From Mobula hypostoma (Eukaryota), in assembly GCF_963921235.1 (NCBI RefSeq), contig NC_086097.1, forward strand, positions 43,030,001-43,094,000: a stretch of DNA of 64,000 bases, written 5' to 3'. Shown in pieces: positions 1 to 11,992 of the stretch; the stretch's first letter is position 1, and the number at the start of each line of letters is the position of its first letter. Position numbers and translations under genes: made by a program. The notes below the pieces were generated by a model that was not told where the DNA came from, searched no databases, and was given only the letters and a program-made list of their open reading frames with translations.

Positions 1-1230
1 GGTGGTGACACAGTCATGGGTATACAGAGAGTAAAGGAAGGGGCTTAGGACACAGCCCTGAGGGCACCTGTGTTGAGGGTCAGAGGGGTAGAGGTGAGGG
101 AGCGCACTCTCACCGCCTGCTGGCAATCTGACAGGAAGTCTAGGATCCCGCTACACAAGGCAGGATGAAGGCCGAGGTCTTGTCAAGCCTGGAGGGAATT
201 ATAGTGTTGAATGCTGAAATGTAGTCCAAGAACAGCATTCTTACTTAAGCATCCCTCTTCTCCAGGTGTGTAAGGATGGTGTGTAGAGCTGTGGCTATTG
301 CGTTATCTGTCGATCCGTTGTGTCAGTAGGTGAATTGTAGGGGGTCCAGAGTGGGTCTGTATGCTGCAGATGTAGTCCTTGACCAGCCTCTCAAAGCATT
401 TGCTTGTTATTGAGGTGAGTGCAACAGGACGCCAATCGTTCCTTTGCTGTCTACAAGAAGGATCAGAGCCGTCTTTATTTCCTGAGGAGACTGAGGTCCT
501 TTAACGTATGCCGGACGACGCTGAGGATGTTCTACGAGTCTGTGGTGGCAGGTGCTATCATGTTTGCTGTTGTGTGCTGGGGCAGCAGGCTGAGGGTAGC
601 AGACACCAACAGAATCAACAAACTTATTCGTAAGGCCAGTGATGTTGTGGGGATGGAACTGGACTCTCTCACGGCGGTGTCTGAAAAGAGGATGCTGTCC
701 AAGTTGCATGCCATCTTGGACAATGTCTCCCATTCCCTACATAATGGACTGGTTGGGCACAGGAGTACATTCAGCCAGAGACTCATTCCACCGAGATGTA
801 ACACAGAGCGTCATAGGAAGTCATTCCTGCCTGTATCTATCAAACTTTACAACTCCTCCCTTGGAAGGTCAGACACCCTGAGCCAATAGGCTGGTCCTGG
901 ACTTATTTCCTGGCATAATTTACATATTACTATTTACCCATTTATGGTTTTATTACTATTTAATTATTTATGATGCAACTGTAACAAAAACCAATTTTCC
1001 CCGGGATCAATAAAGTATGACTATGACTATGACTATGATTATGACTATGTTACCTTGGTCTTTTTAGGTACAGGAACAATGGTGGATGATTTGAAGCAGG
1101 AGGGATGTTTTGTAGTACACTGGGTGAGGGAGAGATTAAAAATCTGTAAACACACCTGCCAGTTGTGCCACACACACTCTGAGTACCCGACCTGGGATGC
1201 CGTCTGGTCCCGCAGCCTTACAACTGTCCG
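1..1230 (-). mobile_element. Rex1/Babar-type LINE RT fragment, interrupted by a + strand Rex1 3' end
   Basis: Minus strand reads PSCFKSSTIVPVPKKTKV...WRPVALT...ILDFLSD...TGAPQGCVLSPFLYSLYTHDC. Confidence 0.85.
446..1049 (+). mobile_element. 5'-truncated Rex1-type LINE with (TATGAC)n tail
   Basis: Near-identical to the 3' ends of 51076-54144 and 56564-58780; AATAAA followed by TATGAC repeats. Confidence 0.9.
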
Positions 1231-1362
1231 CTTGTTGGAAACTATACTGCATTGAAGTTTGTGAAAATCCTACCCACTCATGAAAGCTGCCAATGAGCAA
1301 TTAGCATGTTGCCAAATTGGTTTAACATCTATTCAGAAAAAACTGAATATATAACTGAATTA

Positions 1363-2648
1363 ATAATGGTTGCTTAACAATTTTTTTGGTTTTGAGAAAA
1401 CAGATTTTGTTCATGTGTTAGATACTTGTAGATATCATTATTGGATCCTACATATATTTTTGATAAATCTTGCTTAGTAATTTCAGCTTCATTCAAACCT
1501 CAGATCCATTCTAATCCATTCTAATGGATTCTAAAGGAGGCAGGAGGAGAAGATGGCGGCGCAACGCAGCGCACGCAGCTCTCCGGTGAAATGATATTGT
1601 ATTTGTAAGTAGGACGCTGCGCACAATTCTGATTTGATGGAGACAGACGTGAGAAGCAGAGGAACATCCGGAGAAATTTCTGAAATGCCTGGTTCGCTGC
1701 TGCTGCTACTGTGCAATCGAGAATCTCCGGAGGGAAGGCCCCAAAATCCCCGGCTTTGCCTGCTGCTGGCGGCCGAGGCTGAGGTCGAAGCATTCGGCAG
1801 AGATGGTGCTTGGTACTTGATGTCGGAGGGCTGATCGGAGCTCGAAGTTTTCAGACAACTCAGAGTCGGACTGTGGACGGGCATGGCAGGGAGAGTTTTC
1901 TTCCTTCTCCCGTCTGCATGAGATGTGGGACTTTCAAAAGACTTTGAACTTTTTTACTGTGCCATGGCCTGTTCTTCATCAAGTTATGGTATTGTTGCAC
2001 TGTTATAACTACATGTTATAATTATGTGGTTTTTGTTAGTTTTTCAGTCTTGGTCTGTCCTGTGTTTCTGTGATGTCACACCGGAGGAATACTGTATCGT
2101 TTCTTAATGCATGCATTACTAAATGACAATAAAAGAGGACTGTGTGTCCTCATAATCTAATCTAATCTAATCTAATATATTGAAAATATGAAATACAAGT
2201 AGAAAATGCTGGAAGCATGTAACAGGTCAGGTAACATGTGGAAAGACATAAATTTTACCTTGCAGGTTGATGAAGGAACTGAGAAAGTTCTGATGAAGAG
2301 CCTTTGGCTTGACAAGTGAAGGCTGTTTCTCTTTGTGTTGATTGTGCTTAACGTGCTGGCTGTTTCAGCATTTTCTGGTTTTGCCTCGAGCTACCAGCCA
2401 AATTGAAGAATTCTGAGAATGCAGGTCAAAATAAAAGACATTGCTTTTTATAATCATTTTGAAGATTTTACAGAATATGAAATAAAGATTCGAATGGACC
2501 TGAGGTTTGAATGAAGCTGAAATTACTAAGCAAGATTTATCAAAAATATATGTAGCAATTTAGGATCGAATAATGATATCTACAAGTATCTAACACATGT
2601 ACAAAATCTGTTTTCTTGGAACCAGAAAAATTGTTAAGCAACCATTAT
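1363..2648. repeat. About 155-bp inverted repeat arms (1363-1516 and 2488-2648)
   Basis: ATAATGGTTGCTTAACAA...CAAACCTCAGATCCATTC is the near-exact reverse complement of GAATGGACCTGAGGTTTG...TTGTTAAGCAACCATTAT. Confidence 0.9.
1543..2175 (+). mobile_element. Non-coding retroposon with AAGATGGCGG head and (TCTAA)n tail, copy 1
   Basis: Colinear homolog at 18582-19217 with the same 5' start and tail. Confidence 0.8.
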
Positions 2649-5600
2649 AAATGAGCTTTCCTTTAATATTTGCTAATACTTATGTACTATTGTTAAAATG
2701 AACATCTTTGTTAATACTTGAGGCCTGTATTCTGGTTTTACTACACCAATACGTAATCCCTACTAGCTGTTGGTTTTGTAGTTTACTTATTGATGGCAAA
2801 CGGTAATGGTACCGGGCAATTAGAATTGCTATTATAGGATATCACCAATATATCCTTAACCATTTATAATCTATATAAATGACTTGGGTGAAGGCACTGA
2901 GTGTAGTAGTGTTTACTAATTTGCTGATTCAAAGTACATTTATTATTAAAGTATGCATGCAGTACACTACAGTATACAACCTTGAGATTTGTCTTCCCAC
3001 AGACAGTTACGAAACAAAGAAAACCATGGACCCTGTTCAAAGAAAAATATTAAACCCCTCCCCCCCACGCACAAAAAATGAACAAATCACGCAAATGGCA
3101 AAAAAGAGCAAAATGCAGAATACAAAACACCAAATTACAACGTCATCAAACCAATCCGGGTATATTCAGTTCAGTTCAATCCAGCACCATGACATTTGCT
3201 ATCAGCAGACCATGGAACCAGTACGCCCCAAACAAATTAACAGAAACAGCGATTTATTTAAAAAAAAGGGAGAAACCAGAAACGCATTATAACGTAAACC
3301 ATAGAGTCCAATCCACAAACTTGGTTGATGAAACTTTGCCCAAGTCCCATGGCTCCCTCACCATCATCCAGCGGGGGAGGATGAGGGGGAGAGACTTTTC
3401 ACCTTCTGAGGCAAAGATTGATGGATTATGAGGAAAAACCACAGGGTTTAGATCATTAATAGGTTAATAGATGGAATATAACGTGCATTAATGAGATGAT
3501 CCACTTTTGAATGAAGAGTAAGAACACAAATATTATATTAATGGCATTATATTTTTTTAAAAATCACAACAAAAAGGGATCTGAGGTTCTTGTACTTGAC
3601 ACATAAGGAAAAAACAGCGACTAATTAGAAAGGCCTCTGGAATACTGGCCTCTATTGCAAGACTGTGAAACATAAAAAGCGGGAAGTTTTGATGCAACTT
3701 TGCGAAGTGTTGACGAGACTGCATTTGTAGTGGTCTGTAATTAAGGAAGGATGTTTTTGTATTGGGGACAGTAATTAGATTGATTCCTGGGGTAAAACGG
3801 TTAATGCATGAAGATTGATTAGGAAAGTCGGACCTACGGTACATGCCTTGGAAGCACAAGATAATAGCTACATAGTTTTATGTTAACTAGTCAGCCATTT
3901 AACATGGAAGTGAGGAAGCATTCCTTCTATCTAAAGGATAAAAATCTCATGAATTCTCAGCACCTAAGTGCTGTGGAATCATTGAATATATTCAAGGTAA
4001 AGACTGACAAAATGAGGGGTGTAAAAACAGGTGTGGCTCTCTTGGTAAAGAATGGCATCAAATCAGTAGAAAGATGTGACATAGGATCAGAAGATGTTGA
4101 ATCCTTGTGGGTTGAGTTAAGAAACTGCAAGGGTAAGAGGATTGATGGCAGTTATATACAGGCCTCCCAACAGAGGCAGGGAGGTGGACTACAGATTACA
4201 ACAGGAAATAGAAAAGGCAAGTCAAAAGGGCAATGTTATGGTAGTCATGGGAGATTTTAACATGCAGGTCGATTAGGAAAATCAAGTTGGTAATGATCTC
4301 AAGAGAGTGAATTTGTTGATAGCTTTTTAGAGCAATTTGTTGTTGAGCCTATTAGGGAATCAGCTATACTGGATTGGGTGTTATGTAATGAACCGGAGGC
4401 GATTAGCAAGCTTAAGGTAAAAGAAGCCACAATATAATTATGTTCAACTTGATATTTGATAGGGAGAAAGTGAAGTCTGATGTAGCAGTATTTCAGTGGT
4501 GTAAGGGAAATTACAGTGGTACAAGAGAGGAGTTGGCCAAAGTAAATTGGAAGGAACTGCTGGCAGGAATGTCAACAGAGCAGCAACGGTGCGCATTTCT
4601 GGGGAAGGTGCAGGACACATGTATTCCAAAAATGAAGAAATACTCAAATGGTAAAATAATACAACCATGGCTGATAAGGGAAGTTAAAGCTATTGTAAAA
4701 GCAAAAGAAAGGGCATACAACAAAGCAAAACTTAGTGGGAAGTCAGAGGATTGGGAAGTTTATAAAAACCTACAGAGAGCAACTTTAAAAAATCATTAGG
4801 GAAAAGATGTAATATGAAAGCAAGCTAGCAAATAATACCAAAGTGGATAGTAAAAGCTTTTTCAAGTATGTAAAAAATAAAAGAGAATTGAAAGTTGATA
4901 TAGGAGCGCTAGAAAATGAGGCAGGAGAAATAATAACAGGGGACAAGGAGATGGCTGATGAACTAAATGAGTATTTTGCTTAAGTCTTCACTGTGGAAGA
5001 CACCAGCAGTATGCCTGATGTTGTAATGTGTGAAGGAAGAGACATGGGTGCAATTACTATTACAAGAGAGAAGGTGTGCAAAAAGCTGAAAGAGTTAAAG
5101 ATACATAAAACACCTGGACCAGAGGAACTGCACCCTAGGGTTCTGAAAGAGGTAGCGTTAGAGATTGTGATGGCATTAGAAATGATCTTACAAAAAAAAT
5201 CACTGGACTCTGGCATGGTGCCAGAGGACTGGAAAATTGCAAATGTTACTCCACTCTTTAAGAAAGGAGGAAGGCAGCAGAAATGAAATTATAGACCAGT
5301 TAGCCTGACCTCAGTGGTTGAGAAGATGTTAGAGTCAATTGTTTTGGATGAGGTGATGGAGCATTTGGCGACACAGGACAAGATAGCACAAAGTCAGCAT
5401 GGTTTCCTTCAGGGAAAATCTTGCCTGATGAACCTGTTCGAATTCTTTGAGGAGATTACAAGTAGTTTAGATAAAGGGGATACGATGGATGTTGTATATT
5501 TGGACTTACACAAGGCCTTTGACATGGTGCCACACATGAGGCTGCTTACCAAGTTAAGAATCCATGGGATTACAGGACAGTTACTAACAAGGTTAAAGCA

Positions 5601-6244
5601 TTGGCTGATTGGTAGGAGGCAGCAAGTGGGAATAAAAGGATCCTTTTCTGGCTGGCTGCCAGTGACTGGCAGTGTTCTGCAGGGATTGGTGTTGGGACCA
5701 CTTCTTTTTATGATCAAAGTAAATGATTTAGATGATGGAATAAATGGATTTATTGGCAAGTTTACAGATGATATGAAGATCGGTGGATGGGCAGGTAGTG
5801 TTGAGGAAACAGGTAGGATGCAGAAGAACTGAGACAGATTAGGAGAATGGGCAAGAAAGTGGCAAATGAAATACGATGTTGGAAAATGCATGGTCATGCA
5901 CTTTGGTAGTAGAAATAAAAGTGCGGACTATTTTCTAAATGGGGAGAAAATCCAGAAATCTAAGATGCAGAGGGACTTGGGAGTCCTTGTGCAGAACACC
6001 CTGAAGGTTAACTTGCAGGTGAGTCATTGGTGAGGAAGTCAATTGCCATTTTAGCATTCATTTCAAGAGGTCTAGAATACAAGAGCAAGGATGTGATGCT
6101 GAGGCTTTATAAGGCATTGGTGAGGCCTCACCTTGAGTATTGTGTACAGTTTTAGACTCCTCATCTTAGAAGAGATGTGCTGGCACTGGAGAGGGTCCAG
6201 AGGAGGTTCACAAGGATGATTCCAGGAATGAAAGGGTTATCATA

Positions 6245-6383
6245 GTCATAGTCATAGTCATACTTTACTGATCCCGAGGGAAATTGGTTTTCATTACAGT
6301 TGCACCATAAATAAATAGTAATAAAACCATAAATAATTAAATAGTAATATGTAAATTATGCCAGGAAATGTCCAGGACCAGCC
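6245..6383 (-). mobile_element. Short Rex1 3'-UTR insertion with TATGAC tail
   Basis: Reverse complement of the 3' end of the 446-1049 family; flanked by TATCATA direct repeats (6238-6244, 6384-6390). Confidence 0.85.
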
Positions 6384-6394
6384 TATCATATGAG

Positions 6395-7496
6395 TAATCA
6401 AGGGGATATTGCTTTGTGGATCCAGAACTGGCTTGCCCACAGAAAGCAAGGAGTGGTTGTAGATGGGTCATATTCTGCATGGAGGCCGGTCACCAGTGGT
6501 GTGCCTCAGGGATCTGTTCTGGGACCCTGACTCTTTATGATTTTTATAAATGACCTGGATGAGGAAGTGGAGGGATGGGTTAGTAAATTTGCTGTTGACA
6601 CAAAGGTTGATGGTGTTGTGGATAGTGTGGAGGGTTGTCAGAGGTTACAGCAGGACATAGATAGGATGCAAAACTGGACTGAGAAGTGGCAGATGGAGTT
6701 CAACCCAGATAAGTTTGAGGTGGTTCATTTTGGTAGGTCAGATATGATGGCAGAATATAGTATTAATGGTAAGATGCTTGGCAGTATGGAGGATCAGAGG
6801 GATCTTGGGGTCCCTGTCCATAGGACACTCAAAGCTGCTACGCAGGTTGACTCTGTGGTTAGGAAGGCATACGGTGCATTGGCCTTCATCAATCATGGGA
6901 TTGAGTTTAAGAGCCAAAAGGTAATGTTGCAGCTATATAGGACCCTAGTCAGACCCCACTTGGAGTACTGTGCTCAACTCTGGTCGCCTCACTATAGAAA
7001 GGACGTGGAAACCATAAAAAGGGTGCAGAGGAGATTTACAAGGATGTTGCCTGGATTGGGGAGCATGCTTTATGAGAATAGGTTGAGTGAACTCGGCCTT
7101 TTCTCCTTGGAGCAATGCAGGATGAGAGGTGACCTGATAGAGGTGTACAAGATAATGAGAGGCATTGATCGGGTGGATAGTCAGAGGCTTTTCCCCAGGG
7201 CTGAAATGGCCAGCATGAGAGGGCATAGTTTTAAGGTGCTTGGAAGTAGGTACAGAGGAGATGTCAGGGGTAAGTATATTCATGCAGAATGGTGAGTGCG
7301 TGGAATGAGCTGCTGGTGGCAGTGGTGGAGGCGGAAACGATAGGGTCTTTTAAGAGACTCCTGGATGGCTACATGGAGCTTAGAAAAATAAAGGGTTATG
7401 GGTAAAGCCTAGATAGTTCTAAGGCAGGGACTTGTTTGGCACAGCTTTGTGAGCCGAAGGGCCTGTATTGTGCTGTATCTTTTCTATGTTTCTATG
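6395..7496 (+). mobile_element. 5'-truncated CR1 (second subfamily) with (TTTCTATG) tail
   Basis: ORF 6537-7295 is an RT C-terminus; same subfamily at 37765-38452 and 60915-61429. Confidence 0.9.
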
Positions 7497-8129
7497 AATG
7501 TTTGATGGCTCTGTGTCTGTACTCACTGGAAGTCAGAAGGATGAGGGGGATCTCACTGAAACCTTTCGAATGTTAAAAGGCCTAGACAGAGTAGATGTGG
7601 ACAGGATGTTTCCCATGGTGGGAGAGTCTAGGACAAGAGGACATAGCCTCAGGATAGAGGGGAGCCCTTTCAAAACAGAGATGCAGAGAAATTTCTTTAG
7701 CCAAAGTGTGAGGGAATTTGCGGAATTTGTTGCCACATGCAGCTGTGGAGGCCAGGTCATTGGGTGTATCGAAGGCAGAGGTTGATAGGTTCTTGATTGG
7801 GCATGGCATCAAAGGTTACGGGGAGAAGGCCGGGATCTGGGATTGAGAAGAACAAAAAAGGATCAGCAATGATTAAATGGCAGAGCAGACTCAATGGGCC
7901 AGATGGCCTAATTCTGCTCCTACGTCTTATGGCCTGATGGTAAAACGTGGTGTGTGGGTCTTCATGCTCCTGTACCTCCTCCCTGATTATAGTAATGAGA
8001 GGAGGTCGTGTCCCGGATGGTGAATGTTCTTAATGATAGTGCCACCTTCTTAAGGCACTGGCGTTTTGGAGATGTCCCCAATGGTGGGGAGGCTTGTGCC
8101 TGTGATAAAGCTGAATTCACAATTAAAAG

Positions 8130-9140
8130 TCAAAGACCTTTCATCAGAACTGGGAAAGTGAGAAAGTGGCTTTTTAAAAGTTGCAAACATGACTGGGAAG
8201 GGATGCATGAGACGAAAGGAAAACCACTGGGATGAGGCCAGAGTTGTCCAGGCAATTCAAATAGAAAGAAAAGAGAATCTGGCACAGTTTGTGGAGACAG
8301 AAAAACAGAGTTAACTTTATCAGTGGACAACCTTACAGCAGAACTGACTGTTGTCAAACAAATAGAGAAAACGAATTGCCCAAAATTATGGAATTTGATA
8401 TCAAGTCTCATTGTAAGATGAGACCCTGTTCCTTAAGATCAATGAAGGAGGCCACGGATAATTAGGACAGAGTGGGATAGGGAATTGAAGTGGCAGGTAT
8501 TTGAAAGCCCAGGGTTGCCCCTATGGACTGAATATAGATATACCACACTGCAGTCATCAAATCTGCATTTCCTTTCTCCACATTGTGAGGACCAAGCAAC
8601 ACACATCAAAGTTGCTGGTGAATGCAGCAGGCCAGGCAGCATCTCTAGGAAGAGGTACAGTCGATGTTTCAGGCTGAGCCCCTTAGTCAGGACTGGTCAG
8701 GAAACGTCGACTGTACCTCTTCCTAGAGATGCTGCCTGGCCTGCTGCGTTCACCAGCAACTTTGATGTGTGTTGCTTGAATTTCCAGCATCTGCAGAATT
8801 TCTCGTGTTTGTGAGGACCAAGCATAGTTCAGTTGTTTGAGAGAAATGCATGGGAGTAACTCTCGACTGGAAGGAGTATTTAGGTTCATGGACGGTGGGG
8901 AGAGGAAGAAATCAAATAACGGGTCTTGCATCTCCTGTCAAAGCAGGAAAGACGGTGAGTGGTTGCTGGTGATGGAAGAACAGACCAGGGAGTTGAGAAA
9001 GGAATGGTCCATTCAGAAGACTGAATGGGAGAGGCGGGAAAGGTGAACCATGTGTTGGAATCTCGTTGAAGATGTAGGAAGTTAGGAAGGATGGTCTGCT
9101 GGAATGTAGGGGTTGGTAGGATTGGCAATGAAACATAGGT
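8130..9140 (-). mobile_element. Degenerate Penelope-like element (linker and GIY-YIG endonuclease remnant)
   Basis: Minus-strand frames give ILPNFLHLQRDSNT..FPASP, RRCKT, CGERKCRFDD and CHFNSLSHS..IRGLL, decayed versions of Penelope-type motifs. Hammerhead-like CTGATGAAAGG remnant at the 3' end (about 8135-8150). Confidence 0.7.
8599..8808 (+). mobile_element. Palindromic Penelope-derived short insert
   Basis: About 80-bp inverted arms; TSD TTGTGAGGACCAAGCA (8583-8598, 8809-8824); homologous to 11042-11259. Confidence 0.8.
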
Positions 9141-9229
9141 GCAGGCTTGCAAGCCGATTGGCGGGATTTTGGGGAGATATTGTTATGGGGTAGATTATTG
9201 ACAAGTGCATTACTGAGGCCGTGGTCCTG

Positions 9230-9617
9230 AGCACAAACACGTAGTCTCTCTGTCGTTAAATAATTTACAGATCAAGGAAAGGTATAACCAAACAGAAGGC
9301 GAAACGGGACTAAAGGACGAAGAGGTAGTTTCTATTTACCGATGGACTTGTGTTGCTAAAAAGAACATTGCGAACTACGTAACTAAGAATAATACGACGA
9401 AGTTGTAACTAGAGAAAAGCGGTAAGTCTGCTGGTTCGTTTACTCATTAATCGGCACTGCGCACAAGGACGCCACCGACGTGAAGTCGAGCCCGAACCCG
9501 TCAGCCGCTGCCGCTGTGCTTGGAGTCTTTCGCTCTCCGTAGCGGCTCTTCCGGCTGTCGTCGCGTATTGTTCGCATCGGGAAGGTGAGGTGAATTTCTG
9601 GGAGTCGCCGAGCGGGA
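9230..9617 (+). promoter_or_regulatory. CpG-rich promoter/5' UTR of exon 1a
   Basis: Local CpG enrichment (about 9450-9730) in a CpG-poor background, non-repetitive, immediately 5' of the ATG. Confidence 0.65.
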
Positions 9618-9713
9618 ATGGCAGAGGCCAACATGAACTGGGTGGCGGAGGAGAGGAGCGGCCACTGTGCTGTTTTGGACGGATGCTACCTGTATGTTTG
9701 GGGTGGCTATGTG
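9618..9713 (+). CDS. KLHDC1: KLHDC1 first coding exon, upstream copy (exon 1a): MAEANMNWVAEERSGHCAVLDGCYLYVWGGYV
   Basis: ATG at 9618 (GGAATGG), 32 codons, then GTG|gtaagt phase-0 donor. Closely matches the vertebrate KLHDC1 N-terminus as I recall it (MADSQLFCVAEERSGHCAVVDGNFLYVWGGYV). Lies in a CpG-rich island. Confidence 0.93.
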
Positions 9714-11041
9714 GTAAGTTGTCCGCTGTGGCCTCCCACTCCCTATCCGGGAATGTAAACATAGCCTGGTTCTGACATTACAGTACAGTATTGTAATGTC
9801 ACATAGTGTGCACCTGTCCTCAGCGCCAGCGACTTCTGGGCAACTTGCTGAATACTTAGCTACTTTAACTGAGAACTGAGGGAAGCAGACGGTTTCATGT
9901 CGTTAGTAATATTGACAGGCAAACTAATGATATGCAGAACAGAAGAAAAGAAGTGACATTTAGAAATAAGGAGTCTTGAAGTTAAGATGTAAGGCACCTA
10001 AAGAATGGGAAAATTAGTCAGGAATCCAAGAGTAAGAAAGTCATATTTAAAATGTTTATTTTTCAGTGAGAGTCTTCTGATAGCTTTTGCATAATGGAGC
10101 ATCCGTTGGAATCTGTATTTGAAGAAATTAGGAGGAAACAACTAAGAGTTGTCTGAAACGATTAAACCAGGGGTCCTCAACCTTTTTTGCACTGCGGACC
10201 GGCCGACCGGGGGGTGGGGTTGTCAACGGACAAGAGTAGCAGTCAAATGCGTTTCCCCAAAAAGACTACAATGACCATGAAGCCTTGCGCGTGTACCAGT
10301 GCGCATGCGCATCGTGACCTGCCGATTCCTCCCACCAGCCAATCCTTTTTGGCGATTCTGTTCGGGGGGTGGGTGTTGATCACTACTGGAATATAGGCGA
10401 TAATGGGTAATACACTCAATTTTGTTTCTAAACGAATTTAATATTAAACACACAGCGCATATTTTCCTCGCATGAATATAGTGATAAGTCAATTATCAGG
10501 GGAGCTTGAAGTAAGTGTTGAACAAACTTCCAGTAGAAATGGTAAAGGCAGGTTCGAAATTATCATTTAAAGAAAAATTGGATAGGTATATGGACAGGAA
10601 AGGAATGGAGGGTTATGGGCTGAGTGCAGGTCGGTGGGACTAGGTGAGAATAGCGTTCGGAACGGACTAGAAGGGCCGAGATCGCCTGTTTCCGTGCTGT
10701 AATTGTTATACGGTGACTTATAAGTCAATAGCATCATAACATTTTTAGTAACATTTGGATATTAAACACACAGCACATATTTTCCCCGTATAGATATATA
10801 AAATCATTGCAACACACCAATATCGCTGAATCAGTGGGAACCCTGGGCTTGTTTTCCTGCATCAACGCGGTCCTATTGAGGGGTGGTGGGAGACAGCGAT
10901 ACTCGAATGGGTTCCTTATGTCCAGTCTATTCCGCAGTTTAGTTTTCGTTGCATTCATTGCAGAAAATTCCGCTTCGCAGAAAAATGTTGGAAATGAAAG
11001 CAACGTTTTCAGTGCTTTCGTGGCTATCTCAGGATATTTAG

Positions 11042-11259
11042 AAACACACATCAAAGTTGCTGGTGAACGCAGCAGGCCAGGCAGCATCTCTAGGAAGAGC
11101 TACAGTCGACGTTTCAGGCCGAGACTAGTCCTGACGAAGGGTCTCGGCCTGAAACGTCGACTGTACCTGTTCCTAGAGATGCTGCCTGGCCTGCTGCGTT
11201 CACCAGCAACTTTGATGTGTGTTGCTTGAATTTCCAGCATCTGCAGAATTCCTGCTGTT
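11042..11259 (+). mobile_element. Palindromic Penelope-derived insert containing a hammerhead motif, nested in the hAT element
   Basis: Inverted arms; TSD TC(A/G)GGATATTTAG (11029-11041, 11260-11272). Confidence 0.85.
11127..11164 (+). ncRNA. Minimal type I hammerhead ribozyme motif (Penelope-type)
   Basis: AGUC-CUGACGA-AGG(GUCUCGG)CCU-GAAA-CG-UC^GACU: stem I AGUC/GACU, intact CUGANGA and GAAA cores, stem II AGG/CCU, palindromic ACGU in place of stem III, GUC cleavage triplet. Confidence 0.7.
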
Positions 11260-11992
11260 TCGGGATATTTAGCCTTGACTTTGATCCAAAATGCTGACAG
11301 AGATGTTATGTCAAATAGTAATTCAGCCCGTCGTCATTTGCAAGCTCGAGGAGTTGATCTCCTTCCCACCCTGACACGGATGACGCGCGGGTCATCATCT
11401 CGCATGCGTAATGGCTGATCAGTGGCCGTGACAGGGAATGAGGAAAGGTGCAGCCGACTCTTATCGCCAAATCATATCGTTTCCTCTGTGGCCCGGTGGT
11501 TGGGGACCGCTGGATTAAACAACATATTTTAAAATGTGAAACAAGAACTCTGACCTTGCTCTTACCTAACACATTACATTTAATCTAACACATTCACTTA
11601 TTTTAACTTATTTATCCTTTCTTTTTAAATCTTATTTATCCTGAAGCCTTTTCATATCCTTCTTCCTGTTTTGTATAACGGGGAAAATAAAAGTCATCAA
11701 AGATTGTGAATAACTTATCTATAACCCTCAATGCTCCCAGCCAACCAACTTAAGTAAAGACACGATTTTTACTCAAATTCCATGTGCTCTGCTATATTTG
11801 ATAATGGCTCCTGTGTCAGCCATTAACCAATCTAAGCACATCAACATCCATTTGTTCCCTTATTTGCTCTACTAGGCGTAGCTTTAAAGAGTGGATTAGT
11901 AAAATTTATTTTCTTCATGTAAATGCGTGCTGGCTGCTTAATTTTTTTTTATCTCTGGGCATTTTGTTATTATGACCTTCATAATAGATTCT

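Larger units (their letters stand above)
4010..7940 (+). mobile_element. Degenerate CR1 LINE ORF2 (APE endonuclease and RT) with 3' UTR
   Basis: ESLWVEL, KTPGPEELHPRVLKE, QHGFLQGKSC and KFTDDMKIGG motifs with frameshifts; split by two insertions at 6245-7496. Confidence 0.9.
10168..11512 (-). mobile_element. Non-autonomous hAT (Charlie/Buster-type) DNA transposon
   Basis: TIRs CAGGGGTCCTCAACC / GGTTGGGGACCGCTG; perfect 8-bp TSD GATTAAAC; transposase C-terminal remnant KYPEIATKALKTLLSFPTFFCEAEFSAM. Confidence 0.92.

Noticed and set aside
1008..1049. Short tandem repeats (TATGAC, TCTAA, CATAGA) as CRISPR or telomeric arrays
   Set aside because: No spacers; all follow LINE or SINE 3' UTRs as tails.
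2879..3431. 137-aa and 117-aa ORFs
   Set aside because: Low-complexity translation of what appears to be an antisense LINE 3' UTR-derived repeat; no domain or splice support.
9200..9620. Head-to-head POLE2 first exon (the neighbour in mammals)
   Set aside because: No POLE2-like peptide seen on the minus strand near either promoter.
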